From Eledone cirrhosa (lineage: Eukaryota): 64,000 nt of DNA. Both the position numbers and the translations under genes were made by a program. A model generated the notes under the pieces. It ran no database searches and was not told the origin of the DNA. It was given only the letters and a program-made list of their open reading frames with translations. Below, one piece after another: positions 40,261 through 51,649 of this stretch. The DNA lies in NCBI GenBank assembly GCA_964016885.1, contig CAXHJY010000105.1, positions 186,001 through 250,000 on the forward strand, in the 5' to 3' direction. Position 1 is the stretch's first letter. Every line of letters begins with the position of its first letter.

Positions 40261-43200
40261 GTGTGTGGTGTGTAGATAGTTAGGTTCACTGTTGTGTGTC
40301 TGTGTGGTGTGTATATAGTTAGGTTCACTGGTGTGTGTCTGTGTGTGGTGTGTAGATAGTTAGGTTCACTGGTGTGTGTCTGTGTGTGGTGTGTAGATAG
40401 TTAGGTTCACTGGTGTGTGTCTGTGTGGTGTGTATATAGTTAGGTTCACTGGTGTGTGTCTGTGTGTGGTGTGGATATAGTTAGGTTCACTGGTGTGTGT
40501 CTATGTGTGGTGTGTATATAGTTAGGTTCACTGGTGTGTGTCTATGTGTGGTGTGTATATAGTTAGGTTCACTGGTGTGTGTCTGTGTGGTGTGTATATA
40601 GTTAGGTTCACTGGTGTGTGTCTGTGTGTTGTGTGTATATAGTTAGGTTCACTGGTGTGTGTCTGTGTGTGGTGTGTAGATAGTTAGGGTCACTGGTGTG
40701 TGTCTGTGTGGTGTGTATATAGTTAGGTTCACTGGTGTGTGTCTGTCTGTGGTGTGTAGATATTTATGTTCACTGGTGTGTGTCTGTGTGTGGTGTGAAG
40801 ATAGGTTCACTGGTGTGTGTCTGTGTGTGCTGTGTATATAGTTAGGTTCACTGGTGTGTGTCTGTGTGTGGTGTGAAGATAGGTTCACTGGTGTGTGTCT
40901 GTGTGTGCCGTGTATATAGTTAGGTTCACTGGTGTGTGTCTGTGTGGTGTGTATATAGTTAGGTTCACTGGTGTGTGTCTGTGTGGTGTGTATATAGTTA
41001 GGTTCACTGGTGTGTGTCTGTGTGTTGAGTGTATATAGTTAGGTTCACTGGTGTGTGTCTGTGTGTGGTGTGTATATAGTTAGGTTCACTGGTGTGTATC
41101 TGTGTGGTGTGTATATAGTTAGGTTCACTGGTGTGTGTCTGTGTGTGGTGTGTAGATATTTAGGTTCACTGGTGTGTGTCTGTGTGTGGTGTGAAGATAG
41201 GTTCACTGGTGTGTGTCTGTGTGTGCTGTGTATATAGTTAGGTTCACTGGTGTGTGTCTGTGTGTGGTGTGAAGATAGGTTCATTGGTGTGTGTCTGTGT
41301 GTGCTGTGTATATAGTTAGGTTCACTGGTGTGTGTCTGTGTGGTGTGTATATAGTTAGGTTCACTGGTGTGTGTCTGTGTGTGGTGTGTATATAGTTAGG
41401 TTCACTTGTGTGTGTCTGTGTGTGGTGTGTAGATATTTAGGTTCACTGGTGTGTGTCTGTGTGTGGTGTGTAGATAGTTAGGTTCACTGGTGTGTGTCTG
41501 TGTGTGGTGTGTATATAGTTAGGTTCAATGGTGTGTGTCTGTCTGGTGTGTATATAGTTAGGTTCACTGGTGTGTGTCTGTGTGGTGTGTATATATTTAG
41601 GTTCACTGGTGTGTGTCTGTGTGGTGTGTATATAATTAGGTTCACTGGTGTGTGTGTGTGGTGTGTATATAGTTAGGTTCACTGGTGTGTGTCTGTGTGG
41701 TGTGTAGATAGTTAGGCTCACTGGTGTGTGTCTGTGTGGTGTGTATATAGTTAGGTTCACTGGTGTGTGTCTGTGTGTGGTGTGTAGATAGTTAGGTTCA
41801 CTGGTGTGAGTCTGTGTGGTGTGTAGATAGTTAGGCTCACTGGTGTCTGTCTGTGTGGTGTGTATATATTTAGGTTCACTGGTGTCTGTCTGTGTGTGGT
41901 GTGTATATAGTTAGTTTCACTGGTGTGTGTCTGTGTGTGTTGTGTAGATAGTTAGGTTCACTGGTGTGTGTCTGTGTGTGGTGTGTATATAGTTAGGTTC
42001 ACTTGTGTGTGTCTGTGTGTGGTGTGTAGATAGTTAGGTTCACTGGTGTGTGTTTGTGTGGTGTGTATATAGTTAGGTTCACTGGTGTGTGTCTGTGTGC
42101 GGTGTGTAGATAGTTAGGTTCACTGGTGTGTGTCTGTGTGGTGTGTAGATAGTTAGGTTCACTGGTGTGTGTCTGTGTGTGGTGTGTATATAGTTAGGTT
42201 CACTGGTGTGTCTGTGTGGTGTGTATATAGTTAGGTTCACTGGTGTGTGTCTGTGTGGTGTGTATATAGTTAGGTTCACTGGTGTGTGTCTGTGTGTGGT
42301 GTGTATATAGTTAGGTTCACTGGTGTGTGTCTGTGTGTTGTGTGTATATAGTTAGGTTCACTGGTGTGTGTCTGTGTGGTGTGTATATAGTTAGTCTCAC
42401 TGGTGTGTGTCTGTGTGGTGTGTATATAGTTAGGTTTACTGGTGTGTGTCTGTGTGTGGTGTGTAGCTAGTTAGGTTCACTGGTGTGTGTCTGTGTGTGG
42501 TGTGTATATAGTTAGGTTCACTGGTGTGTGTCTGTGTGTGGTGTGTAGATAGTTAGGTTCACTGTTGTGTGTCTGTGTGGTGTGTATATAGTTAGGTTCA
42601 CTGGTGTGTGTCTGTGTGTGGTGTGTAGATAGTTAGGTTCACTGGTGTGTGTCTGTGTGTGGTGTGTAGATAGTTAGGTTCACTGGTGTGTGTCTGTGTG
42701 GTGTGTATATAGTTAGGTTCACTGGTGTGTGTCTGTGTGTGGTGTGGATATAGTTAGGTTCACTGGTGTGTGTCTATGTGTGGTGTGTATATAGTTAGGT
42801 TCACTGGTGTGTGTCTATGTGTGGTGTGTATATAGTTAGGTTCACTGGTGTGTGTCTGTGTGGTGTGTATATAGTTAGGTTCACTGGTGTGTGTCTGTGT
42901 GGTGTGTATATAGTTAGGTTCACTGGTGTGTGTCTGTGTGTGGTGTGTATATAGTTAGGTTCACTGGTGTGTGTCTGTGTGTTGTGTGTATATAGTTAGG
43001 TTCACTGGTGTGTGTCTGTGTGTGGTGTGTAGATAGTTAGGGTCACTGGTGTGTGTCTGTGTGGTGTGTATATAGTTAGGTTCACTGGTGTGTGTCTGTC
43101 TGTGGTGTGTAGATATTTATGTTCACTGGTGTGTGTCTGTGTGTGGTGTGAAGATAGGTTCACTGGTGTGTGTCTGTGTGTGCTGTGTATATAGTTAGGT

Positions 43201-46200
43201 TCACTGGTGTGTGTCTGTGTGTGGTGTGAAGATAGGTTCACTGGTGTGTGTCTGTGTGTGCCGTGTATATAGTTAGGTTCACTGGTGTGTGTCTGTGTGG
43301 TGTGTATATAGTTAGGTTCACTGGTGTGTGTCTGTGTGGTGTGTATATAGTTAGGTTCACTGGTGTGTGTCTGTGTGTTGAGTGTATATAGTTAGGTTCA
43401 CTGGTGTGTGTCTGTGTGTGGTGTGTATATAGTTAGGTTCACTGGTGTGTATCTGTGTGGTGTGTATATAGTTAGGTTCACTGGTGTGTGTCTGTGTGTG
43501 GTGTGTAGATATTTAGGTTCACTGGTGTGTGTCTGTGTGTGGTGTGAAGATAGGTTCACTGGTGTGTGTCTGTGTGTGCTGTGTATATAGTTAGGTTCAC
43601 TGGTGTGTGTCTGTGTGTGGTGTGAAGATAGGTTCATTGGTGTGTGTCTGTGTGTGCTGTGTATATAGTTAGGTTCACTGGTGTGTGTCTGTGTGGTGTG
43701 TATATAGTTAGGTTCACTGGTGTGTGTCTGTGTGTGGTGTGTATATAGTTAGGTTCACTTGTGTGTGTCTGTGTGTGGTGTGTAGATATTTAGGTTCACT
43801 GGTGTGTGTCTGTGTGTGGTGTGTAGATAGTTAGGTTCACTGGTGTGTGTCTGTGTGTGGTGTGTATATAGTTAGGTTCAATGGTGTGTGTCTGTCTGGT
43901 GTGTATATAGTTAGGTTCACTGGTGTGTGTCTGTGTGGTGTGTATATATTTAGGTTCACTGGTGTGTGTCTGTGTGGTGTGTATATAATTAGGTTCACTG
44001 GTGTGTGTGTGTGGTGTGTATATAGTTAGGTTCACTGGTGTGTGTCTGTGTGGTGTGTAGATAGTTAGGCTCACTGGTGTGTGTCTGTGTGGTGTGTATA
44101 TAGTTAGGTTCACTGGTGTGTGTCTGTGTGTGGTGTGTAGATAGTTAGGTTCACTGGTGTGAGTCTGTGTGGTGTGTAGATAGTTAGGCTCACTGGTGTC
44201 TGTCTGTGTGGTGTGTATATATTTAGGTTCACTGGTGTCTGTCTGTGTGTGGTGTGTATATAGTTAGTTTCACTGGTGTGTGTCTGTGTGTGTTGTGTAG
44301 ATAGTTAGGTTCACTGGTGTGTGTCTGTGTGTGGTGTGTATATAGTTAGGTTCACTTGTGTGTGTCTGTGTGTGGTGTGTAGATAGTTAGGTTCACTGGT
44401 GTGTGTTTGTGTGGTGTGTATATAGTTAGGTTCACTGGTGTGTGTCTGTGTGCGGTGTGTAGATAGTTAGGTTCACTGGTGTGTGTCTGTGTGGTGTGTA
44501 GATAGTTAGGTTCACTGGTGTGTGTCTGTGTGTGGTGTGTATATAGTTAGGTTCACTGGTGTGTCTGTGTGGTGTGTATATAGTTAGGTTCACTGGTGTG
44601 TGTCTGTGTGGTGTGTATATAGTTAGGTTCACTGGTGTGTGTCTGTGTGTGGTGTGTATATAGTTAGGTTCACTGGTGTGTGTCTGTGTGTTGTGTGTAT
44701 ATAGTTAGGTTCACTGGTGTGTGTCTGTGTGGTGTGTATATAGTTAGTCTCACTGGTGTGTGTCTGTGTGGTGTGTATATAGTTAGGTTTACTGGTGTGT
44801 GTCTGTGTGTGGTGTGTAGCTAGTTAGGTTCACTGGTGTGTGTCTGTGTGTGGTGTGTAGATAGTTAGGTTCACTGGTGTGTGTCTGTGTGGTGTGTAGA
44901 TAGTTAGGTTCACTGGTGTGTGTGTGGTGTGTATATAGTTGGGTTCACTGGTGTGTGTCTGTGTGGTGTGTATATAGTTAGGTTCACTGGTGTGTGTCTG
45001 TGTGTGGTGTGTAGATATTTAGGTTCACTGGTGTGTGTCTGTGTGTGGTGTGAAGATAGGTTCACTGGTGTGTGTCTGTGTGTGCTGTGTATATAGTTAG
45101 GTTCACTGGTGTGTGTCTGTGTGTGGTGTGAAGATAGGTTCATTGGTGTGTGTCTGTGTGTGCTGTGTATATAGTTAGGTTCACTGGTGTGTGTCTGTGT
45201 GGTGTGTATATAGTTAGGTTCACTGGTGTGTGTCTGTGTGTGGTGTGTATATAGTTAGGTTCACTTGTGTGTGTCTGTGTGTGGTGTGTAGATATTTAGG
45301 TTCACTGGTGTGTGTCTGTGTGTGGTGTGTAGATAGTTAGGTTCACTGGTGTGTGTCTGTGTGTGGTGTGTATATAGTTAGGTTCAATGGTGTGTGTCTG
45401 TCTGGTGTGTATATAGTTAGGTTCACTGGTGTGTGTCTGTGTGGTGTGTATATATTTAGGTTCACTGGTGTGTCTCTGTGTGGTGTGTATATAATTAGGT
45501 TCACTGGTGTGTATATAGTTAGGTTCACTGGTGTGTGTCTGTGTGGTGTGTAGATAGTTAGGCTCACTGGTGTGTGTCTGTGTGGTGTGTATATAGTTAG
45601 GTTCACTGGTGTGTGTCTGTGTGTGGTGTGTAGATAGTTAGGTTCACTGGTGTGTGTCTGTGTGGTGTGTAGATAGTTAGGCTCACTGGTGTCTGTCTGT
45701 GTGGTGTGTATATATTTAGGTTCACTGGTGTGTGTCTGTGTGTGGTGTGTAGATAGTTAGTTTCACTGGTGTGTGTCTGTGTGTGGTGTGTAGATAGTTA
45801 GGTTCACTGGTGTGTGTCTGTGTGTGGTGTGTATATAGTTAGGTTCACTTGTGTGTGTCTGTGTGTGGTGTGTAGATAGTTAGGTTCACTGGTGTGTGTC
45901 TGTGTGGTGTGTATATAGTTAGGTTCACTGGTGTGTGTCTGTGTGCGGTGTGTAGATAGTTAGGTTCACTGGTGTGTGTCTGTGTGGTGTGTAGATAGTT
46001 AGGTTCACTGGTGTGTGTCTGTGTGTGGTGTGTATATAGTTAGGTTCACTGGTGTGTCTGTGTGGTGTGTATATAGTTAGGTTCACTGGTGTGTGTCTGT
46101 GTGGTGTGTATATAGTTAGGTTCACTGGTGTGTGTCTGTGTGTGGTGTGTATATAGTTAGGTTCACTGGTGTGTATCTGTGTGTTGTGTGTATATAGTTA

Positions 46201-46500
46201 GGTTCACTGGTGTGTGTCTGTGTGGTGTGTATATAGTTAGGCTCACTGGTGTGTGTCTGTGTGGTGTGTATATAGTTAGGTTTACTGGTGTGTGTCTGTG
46301 TGTGGTGTGTAGCTAGTTAGGTTCACTGGTGTGTGTCTGTGTGTGGTGTGTAGATAGTTAGGTTCACTGGTGTGTGTCTGTGTGGTGTGTAGATAGTTAG
46401 GTTCACTGGTGTGTGTGTGGTGTGTATATAGTTGGGTTCACTGGTGTGTGTCTGTGTGGTGTGTATATAGTTAGGTTCACTGGTGTGTGTCTGTGTGTGG
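40210..46500. repeat. Terminal block of array A: 2.3-kb unit duplicated (offset 2273, then 2353) plus a partial third copy (offset 1493)
   Basis: CACTGTTG with the GTTG at 40291/42564; TTAGGG 40684/43037; TAGCTAG with the C at 42467/44820/46313; identical spurious ORFs 40649/43002, 41045/43398, 41443/43796 and 42079/44432/45925. Confidence 0.9.
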
Positions 46501-46584
46501 TGTGTAGATAGATAGGTTCAGTGGTGTGTCTCTGTGTGGTGTGTGTCTGCGTGTTGTGTGTGTCTGTGTGTGATGTGTAAATAG

Positions 46585-46669
46585 AACCATTATTGTAACC
46601 CACAGAATTTAACTCAGGAAACCTTATTTCAGAACCTTTCCGTTACCATATTTCTAATGAAAGACACTC
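46585..46669. other. Unique AT-rich ~85-bp spacer between satellite A and satellite B, function unknown
   Basis: The sequence AACCATTATTGTAACCCACAGAATTTAACTCAGGAAACCTTATTTCAGAACCTTTCCGTTACCATATTTCTAATGAAAGACACTC matches neither monomer and is C-rich relative to both arrays. Confidence 0.93.
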
Positions 46670-46670
46670 T

Positions 46671-46692
46671 GTGTGTGTGTGTGAGAGAGAGA
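46671..46692. repeat. Pure compound microsatellite (GT)6(GA)5 at the start of array B
   Basis: Read directly: GTGTGTGTGTGT GAGAGAGAGA, followed by GGCAATGT of the first monomer. Confidence 0.85.
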
Positions 46693-49600
46693 GGCAATGT
46701 GTAGGAGAGAGAATGTGTTTATGTAAGAGAGAGAGAGGCAATGTGTGCATAAGAAAGAATGTGTATATGTGAGAGAGAGAGGCAATGTGTGTGAGAGAGA
46801 ATGTATGTAAGAGAGAGGCAATGTGTGTGAGAGAGAATGTGTGTGTGTATGTAAGAGAGAGAGGCAATGTGTGTGAGAGAGAATGTGTGTATGTAAGAGA
46901 GGGGCAATGTGTGTGAGAGAAAATGTGTGTATGTAAGAGAGAGAGGCAATGTGTGTGAGAGAGAATGTGTGTATATAAGAGAGAGGCAATGTGTGTGAGA
47001 GAGAATGTGTGTATGTAAGAGAGAGAGGCAATGTGTGTGAGAGAGAATGTGTGTATGTAAGAGTGAGGCAATGTGTGTGTGAGATAATGTGTGTATGTAA
47101 GAGAGAGAGGGGAAATGTGTGTGAGAAAGAATGTGTGTATGTGAGAGAGAGAGAGGCATTGTGTGTGAGAGAGAATGTGTGTATGTAAGAGTGAGGCAAT
47201 GTGTGTGAGAGAGAATGTGTGTATGTAAGAGAGAGAGGCAATATGTGTGAGAGAGAATGTGTGTATGTAAGAGTGAGGCAATGTGTGTGAGAGAGAATGT
47301 GTGTATGTAACAGAGAGAGGCAATGTGTGTGAGAGAGAATGTGTTTATGTAAGAGAGGGAGGCAATGAGTGTGAGAGAGAATGTGTGTATGTAAGAGAGA
47401 GAGAGGCAATATGTGTGAGAGATAATGTGTGTATGTAAGAGAGAGAGGCAATGTGTGTGAGAGATAATGTGTGTATGTAAGAGAGAGAGAGAGACAATGT
47501 GTGTGAGAGTGAATGTGTGTATGTAAGAGAGAGAGGCATTGTGTATGAGAGATAATGTGTGTATGTAAGAGAGAGAGAGGCATTGTGTGTGAGAGAGAAT
47601 GTGTGTATGTAAGAGAGAGAGTCAATGTGTGTGAGAGAGAATGTGTGTATGTAAGAGAGAGAGGGGAAATGTGTGTGAGAGAGAATGTGTGTATGTAAGA
47701 GAGAGGGGAAATGTGTGTGAGAGAGAATGTGTGTATGTAAGAGAGAGAGAGGGGAAATGTGTGTGTGAGATAATGTGTGTATGTAAGAGAGAGAGGGGCA
47801 ATGTGTGTGAGAGAGAATGTGTGTATGTAAGAGTGAGAGGGGCAATGTGTGTGAGAGAGAATGTGTGTATGTAAGAGAGAGAGGCAATATGTGTGAGAGA
47901 GAATGTGTGTATGTAAGAGAGAGAGGGGAAATGTGTGTGAGAGAGAATGTGTGTATGTAAGGGAGAAAGAGGGGAATTGTGTGTGAGAGAGAATATGTGT
48001 ATGTAAGAGAGAGAGGCAATATGTGTGAGAGAGAATGTGTGTATGTAAGAGAGAGAGGGGAAATGTGTGTCAGAGAGAATGTGTGTATGTAAGTGAGAGA
48101 GGGGCAATGTGTATGAGATAGAATGAGTGTATGTAAGAGAGAGAGGGGAAATGTGTGTGAGAGAGAATGTGTGTATGTAAGAGAGAGAGGGGCAATGTGT
48201 GTAAGAGAGAATGTGTGTATGTAAGAGAGAGAGGCAATATGTGTGACAGAGAATGTGTGTATGTAAGAGAGAGAGGGGCAATGTGTGTAAGAGAGAATGT
48301 GTGTATGTAAGAGAGAGAGGCAATATGTGTGACAGAGAATGTGTGTATGTAAGAGAGAGAGGGGCAATGTGTGTGAGAGAGAATGTGTGTATGTAAGAGA
48401 TAGAGGGGAAATGTGTGTGAGAGAGAATGTGTGTATGTAAGAGATAGAGGGGAAATGTGTGTGAGAGAGAATGTGTGTATGTAAGAGAGAGAGGGGAAAT
48501 GTGTGTGAGAGAGAATGTGTGTATGTAAGAGAGAGACAGGGGAAATGTGTGTGAGATAATGTGTGTATGTAAGAGAGAGAGGGGAAATGAGTGTGAGAGA
48601 TAATGTGTGTATGTAAGAGAGAGAGGGGAAATGTGTGTGTGAGAGAATGTGTGTATGTAAGAGATAGAGGGGAAATGTGTGTGAGAGAGAATGTGTGTAT
48701 GTAAGAGATAGAGGGGAAATGTGTGTGAGAGAGAATGTGTGTATGTAAGAGAGAGAGGGGAAATGTGTGTGAGAGAGAATGTGTGTATGTAAGAGAGAGA
48801 GAGCCAATGTGTGTGAGAGAATGTGTGTATGTAAGAGAGAGAGGGGAAATGTGTGTGAGAGAGAATGTGTGTATGTAAGAGAGAGAGGGGAAATGTGTGT
48901 GAGAGAGAATGTGTGTATGTAAGAGAGAGAGGGGAAATGTGTGTGTGAGAGAATGTGTGTATGTAAGAGAGAGAGGCAATGTGTGTGTGAGATAATGTGT
49001 GTATGTAAGAGAGAGAGAGGGGAAATGTGTGTGAGAGTGAATGTGTGTATGTAAGAGAGAGAGGGGAAATGTGTGTGAGAGAGAATGTGTGTATGTAAGA
49101 GAGAGAGGGGCAATATGTGTGAGAGATAATGTGTGTATGTAAGAGAGAAAGGCAATGTGTGTGAGAGAGAATGTGTGTATGTAAGAGAGAGAGGGGCAAT
49201 GTGAGTGTGAGACAATGTGTGTATGTAAGAGAGAGGGGAAATGTGTGAGACAGAGAATGTGTGTATGTAAGAGAGAGAGGGGAAATGTGTGTATGTAAGA
49301 GAGAGAGGGGAAATGTGTGTGTGACATAATGTGTGTATGTAAGAGAGAGAGAGGCAATGTGTGTGAGAGATAATGTGTGTATGTAAGAGAGAGAGAGGGG
49401 AAACGTGTGTGAGAGAGCATGTGTGTATGTAAGAGAGGGAGGCAATGTGTGTGTGAGAGAATGTGTGTATGTAAGAGAGAGAGGGGAAATGTGTGCGTGA
49501 GATAATGTGTGTATGTAAGAGAGGGAGGCAATGCGTGTGAGAGAGAATGTGTGTATGTAAGAGAAGGGCAATGTGTGTGAGAGAGAATGTGTGTATGTAA

Positions 49601-51649
49601 GAGAGAGAGGCGATGTGTGTGAGAGAGAATGTGTGTATGTAAGAGAGAGGCAATGTGTGTGAGAGAGAATGTGTGTATGTAAGAGAGAGAGGCAATGTGT
49701 GTGAGAGAGAATGTGTGTATGTAAGAGTGAGGCAACGTGTGGGTGAGATAATGTGTGTATGTAAGAGAGAGAGGGGAAATGTGTGTGAGAAAGAATGTGT
49801 GTATGTAAGAGAGAGAGAGGCAATGTGTGTGAGAGATAATGTGTGAATGTAAGAGAGAGAGGCAATGTGTGTGAGAGAGAATGTGTGTATGTAAGAGAGA
49901 GAGGCAATGTGTGTGAGAGATAATGTGTGTATGTGAGAGAGAGAGGCAATGTGTATGAGAGATAATGTGTGTATGTAAGAGAGAGAGAGAGGCAATGTGT
50001 GTGAGAGTGAATGTGTGTATGTAAGAGAGAGAGAGAGGCAATGTGTGTGAGAGAGAATGTGTGTATGTAAGAGAGAGAGAGAGGCAATGTGTGTGAGAGA
50101 TAATGTGTGTATGTAAGAGAGAGAGAGGCATTGTGTGTGAGAGATAATGTGTTTATGTAAGAGAGAGAGAGAGGCAATGTGTGTGAGAGATAATGTGTGT
50201 ATGTAAGAGAGAGAGGCATTGTGTATGAGAGATAATGATTGTATGTAAGAGAGAGAGAGGCATTGTGTGTGAGAGAGAATGTGTGTATGAAAGAGAGAGA
50301 GGAAATGTGTGTGAGAGAATGTGTGTATGTAAGAGAGAGAGGGGAAATGTGTGTGAGAGAGAATGTGTGTATGTAAGAGAGAGAGAGGTAATGTGTGTGA
50401 GAGAGAATGTGTGTATGTAAGAGAGAGAGAGGCAATGTGTGTGAGAGAGAATGTGTGTATGTAAGAGAGAGAGGGGAATGTGTGTGAGAGAGAATGTGTG
50501 TATGTAAGAGAGAGAGGCAATGTATGTGAGAGAGAATGTGTGTATGTAAGAGGGAGAGGAAATGTGTGTATGTAAGAGAGAGAGGGGAAATGTGTGAGAG
50601 AGAATGTGTGTATGTAAGAGAGAGGGGGGTAATGTGTGTGAGAGAGAATGTGTGTATGTAAGAGAGAGAGGGGAAATGTGTGTGAGAGATAATGTGTGTA
50701 TGTAAGAGAGAGAGAGGCAATGTGTGGGTGAGATAATGTGTGTATGTAAGAGAGAGAGGGGAAATGTGTGGGTGAGATAATGTGTGCATGTGAGAGAGAG
50801 AGGGGAAATATGTGTGAGAGAGAATGTGTGTATGTAAGAGTGGGAGGTAATGTGTGTGAGAGAGAATGTGTGTATGTAAGAGAGAGAGGCAGTGTGTGTA
50901 AGAGAGGGAGGCAATGTGTGTGAGAGAGAATGTGTGTATGTAAGAGTGAGAGGCAATGTGTGTAAGAGAGGGAGGTAATGTGTGTCAGAGAGAATGTGTG
51001 TATGTAAGAGAGGGAGGCAATGTGTGTGAAAGAGAATGTGTGTATGTAAGAGAGAGAGGCAATGTGTGTAAGAGAGGGAGGCAATGTGTGTGAGAGATAA
51101 TGTGTGTATGTAAGAGAGAGAGAGGCAATGTGTGTGTGAGATAATGTGTGTATGTAAGAGAGAGGGGCAATGTGTGTGAGAGATAATGTGTGTATGTAAG
51201 AGAGAGAGAGGCAATGTGTGTGTGAGATAATGTGTGTATGTAAGAGAGAGGGGCAATGTGTGTGAGAGAGAATGTGTGTATGTAAGAGAGAGAGGGGAAA
51301 TGTGTGTGAGAGATAATGTTTGTATGTAAGAGAGAGGGGCAATGTGTGTGAGAGATAATGTGTGTATGTAAGAGAGAGAGGGGAAATGTGTGTGACATAA
51401 TGTGTGTATGTAAGAGAGAGAGGGGAAATGTGTGTGAGAGATAATGTGTGTATGTAAGACAGAGAGGGAAATGTGTGTGAGAGAGAATGTGTGTATGTAA
51501 GAGAGAGGGGCAATGTGTGTGTGAGATAATGTGTGTATGTGAAAGAGAGAGGAAATGCGTGTGAGAGAGAATGTGTGTATGTAAGAGAGAGAGAGGGAAT
51601 GTGCGTATGTAAGAGAGAGAGAGGGAATGTGTGTGAGAGAGAATGTGTG

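Larger units (their letters stand above)
1..46584. repeat. Satellite array A: tandem 41/39-bp monomer GGTGTGTGTCTGTG(TG)TGGTGTGTA(T/G)ATAGTTAGGTTCACT, roughly 1,150 copies, truncated by the left window edge
   Basis: The core ATAGTTAGGTTCACTGG recurs every 39-41 bp throughout. Shorter monomers of 35, 31 and 24 bp arise by loss of TG-tract sequence. All units are head-to-tail in one orientation. Terminal units degenerate at about 46510-46584 (GATAGGTTCAGTGG...TGATGTGTAAATAG). Copy number is estimated as length divided by about 40. Confidence 0.98.

Noticed and set aside
1-46500. TATATA as TATA boxes and CACTGGTG/CACCGGTG near-palindromes as regulatory sites
   Set aside because: These short motifs are intrinsic to the monomer and have no associated gene or other promoter evidence.
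1-46584. CRISPR-like appearance (constant ATAGTTAGGTTCACTGG core with variable intervening sequence)
   Set aside because: The intervening segments are near-identical TG tracts rather than unique spacers. There is no leader or cas gene, and the context is eukaryotic satellite.
1-46584. Array A as a true telomerase-synthesised long telomeric repeat
   Set aside because: The G-rich strand points toward internal sequence (spacer and array B) rather than an end, and variants are propagated in kb-scale blocks, which indicates recombinational amplification.
46596-46601. Single TAACCC telomeric hexamer in the spacer
   Set aside because: One copy of a 6-mer is expected by chance, and there is no tandem array.
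6180-46603. Short repetitive ORFs of the NLTIYTPHRHTPV type in array A
   Set aside because: They are runs of 39-bp monomers read in one frame, ending at the TGA in the core whenever a 41-mer shifts the frame. They are useful only as markers of block duplication.
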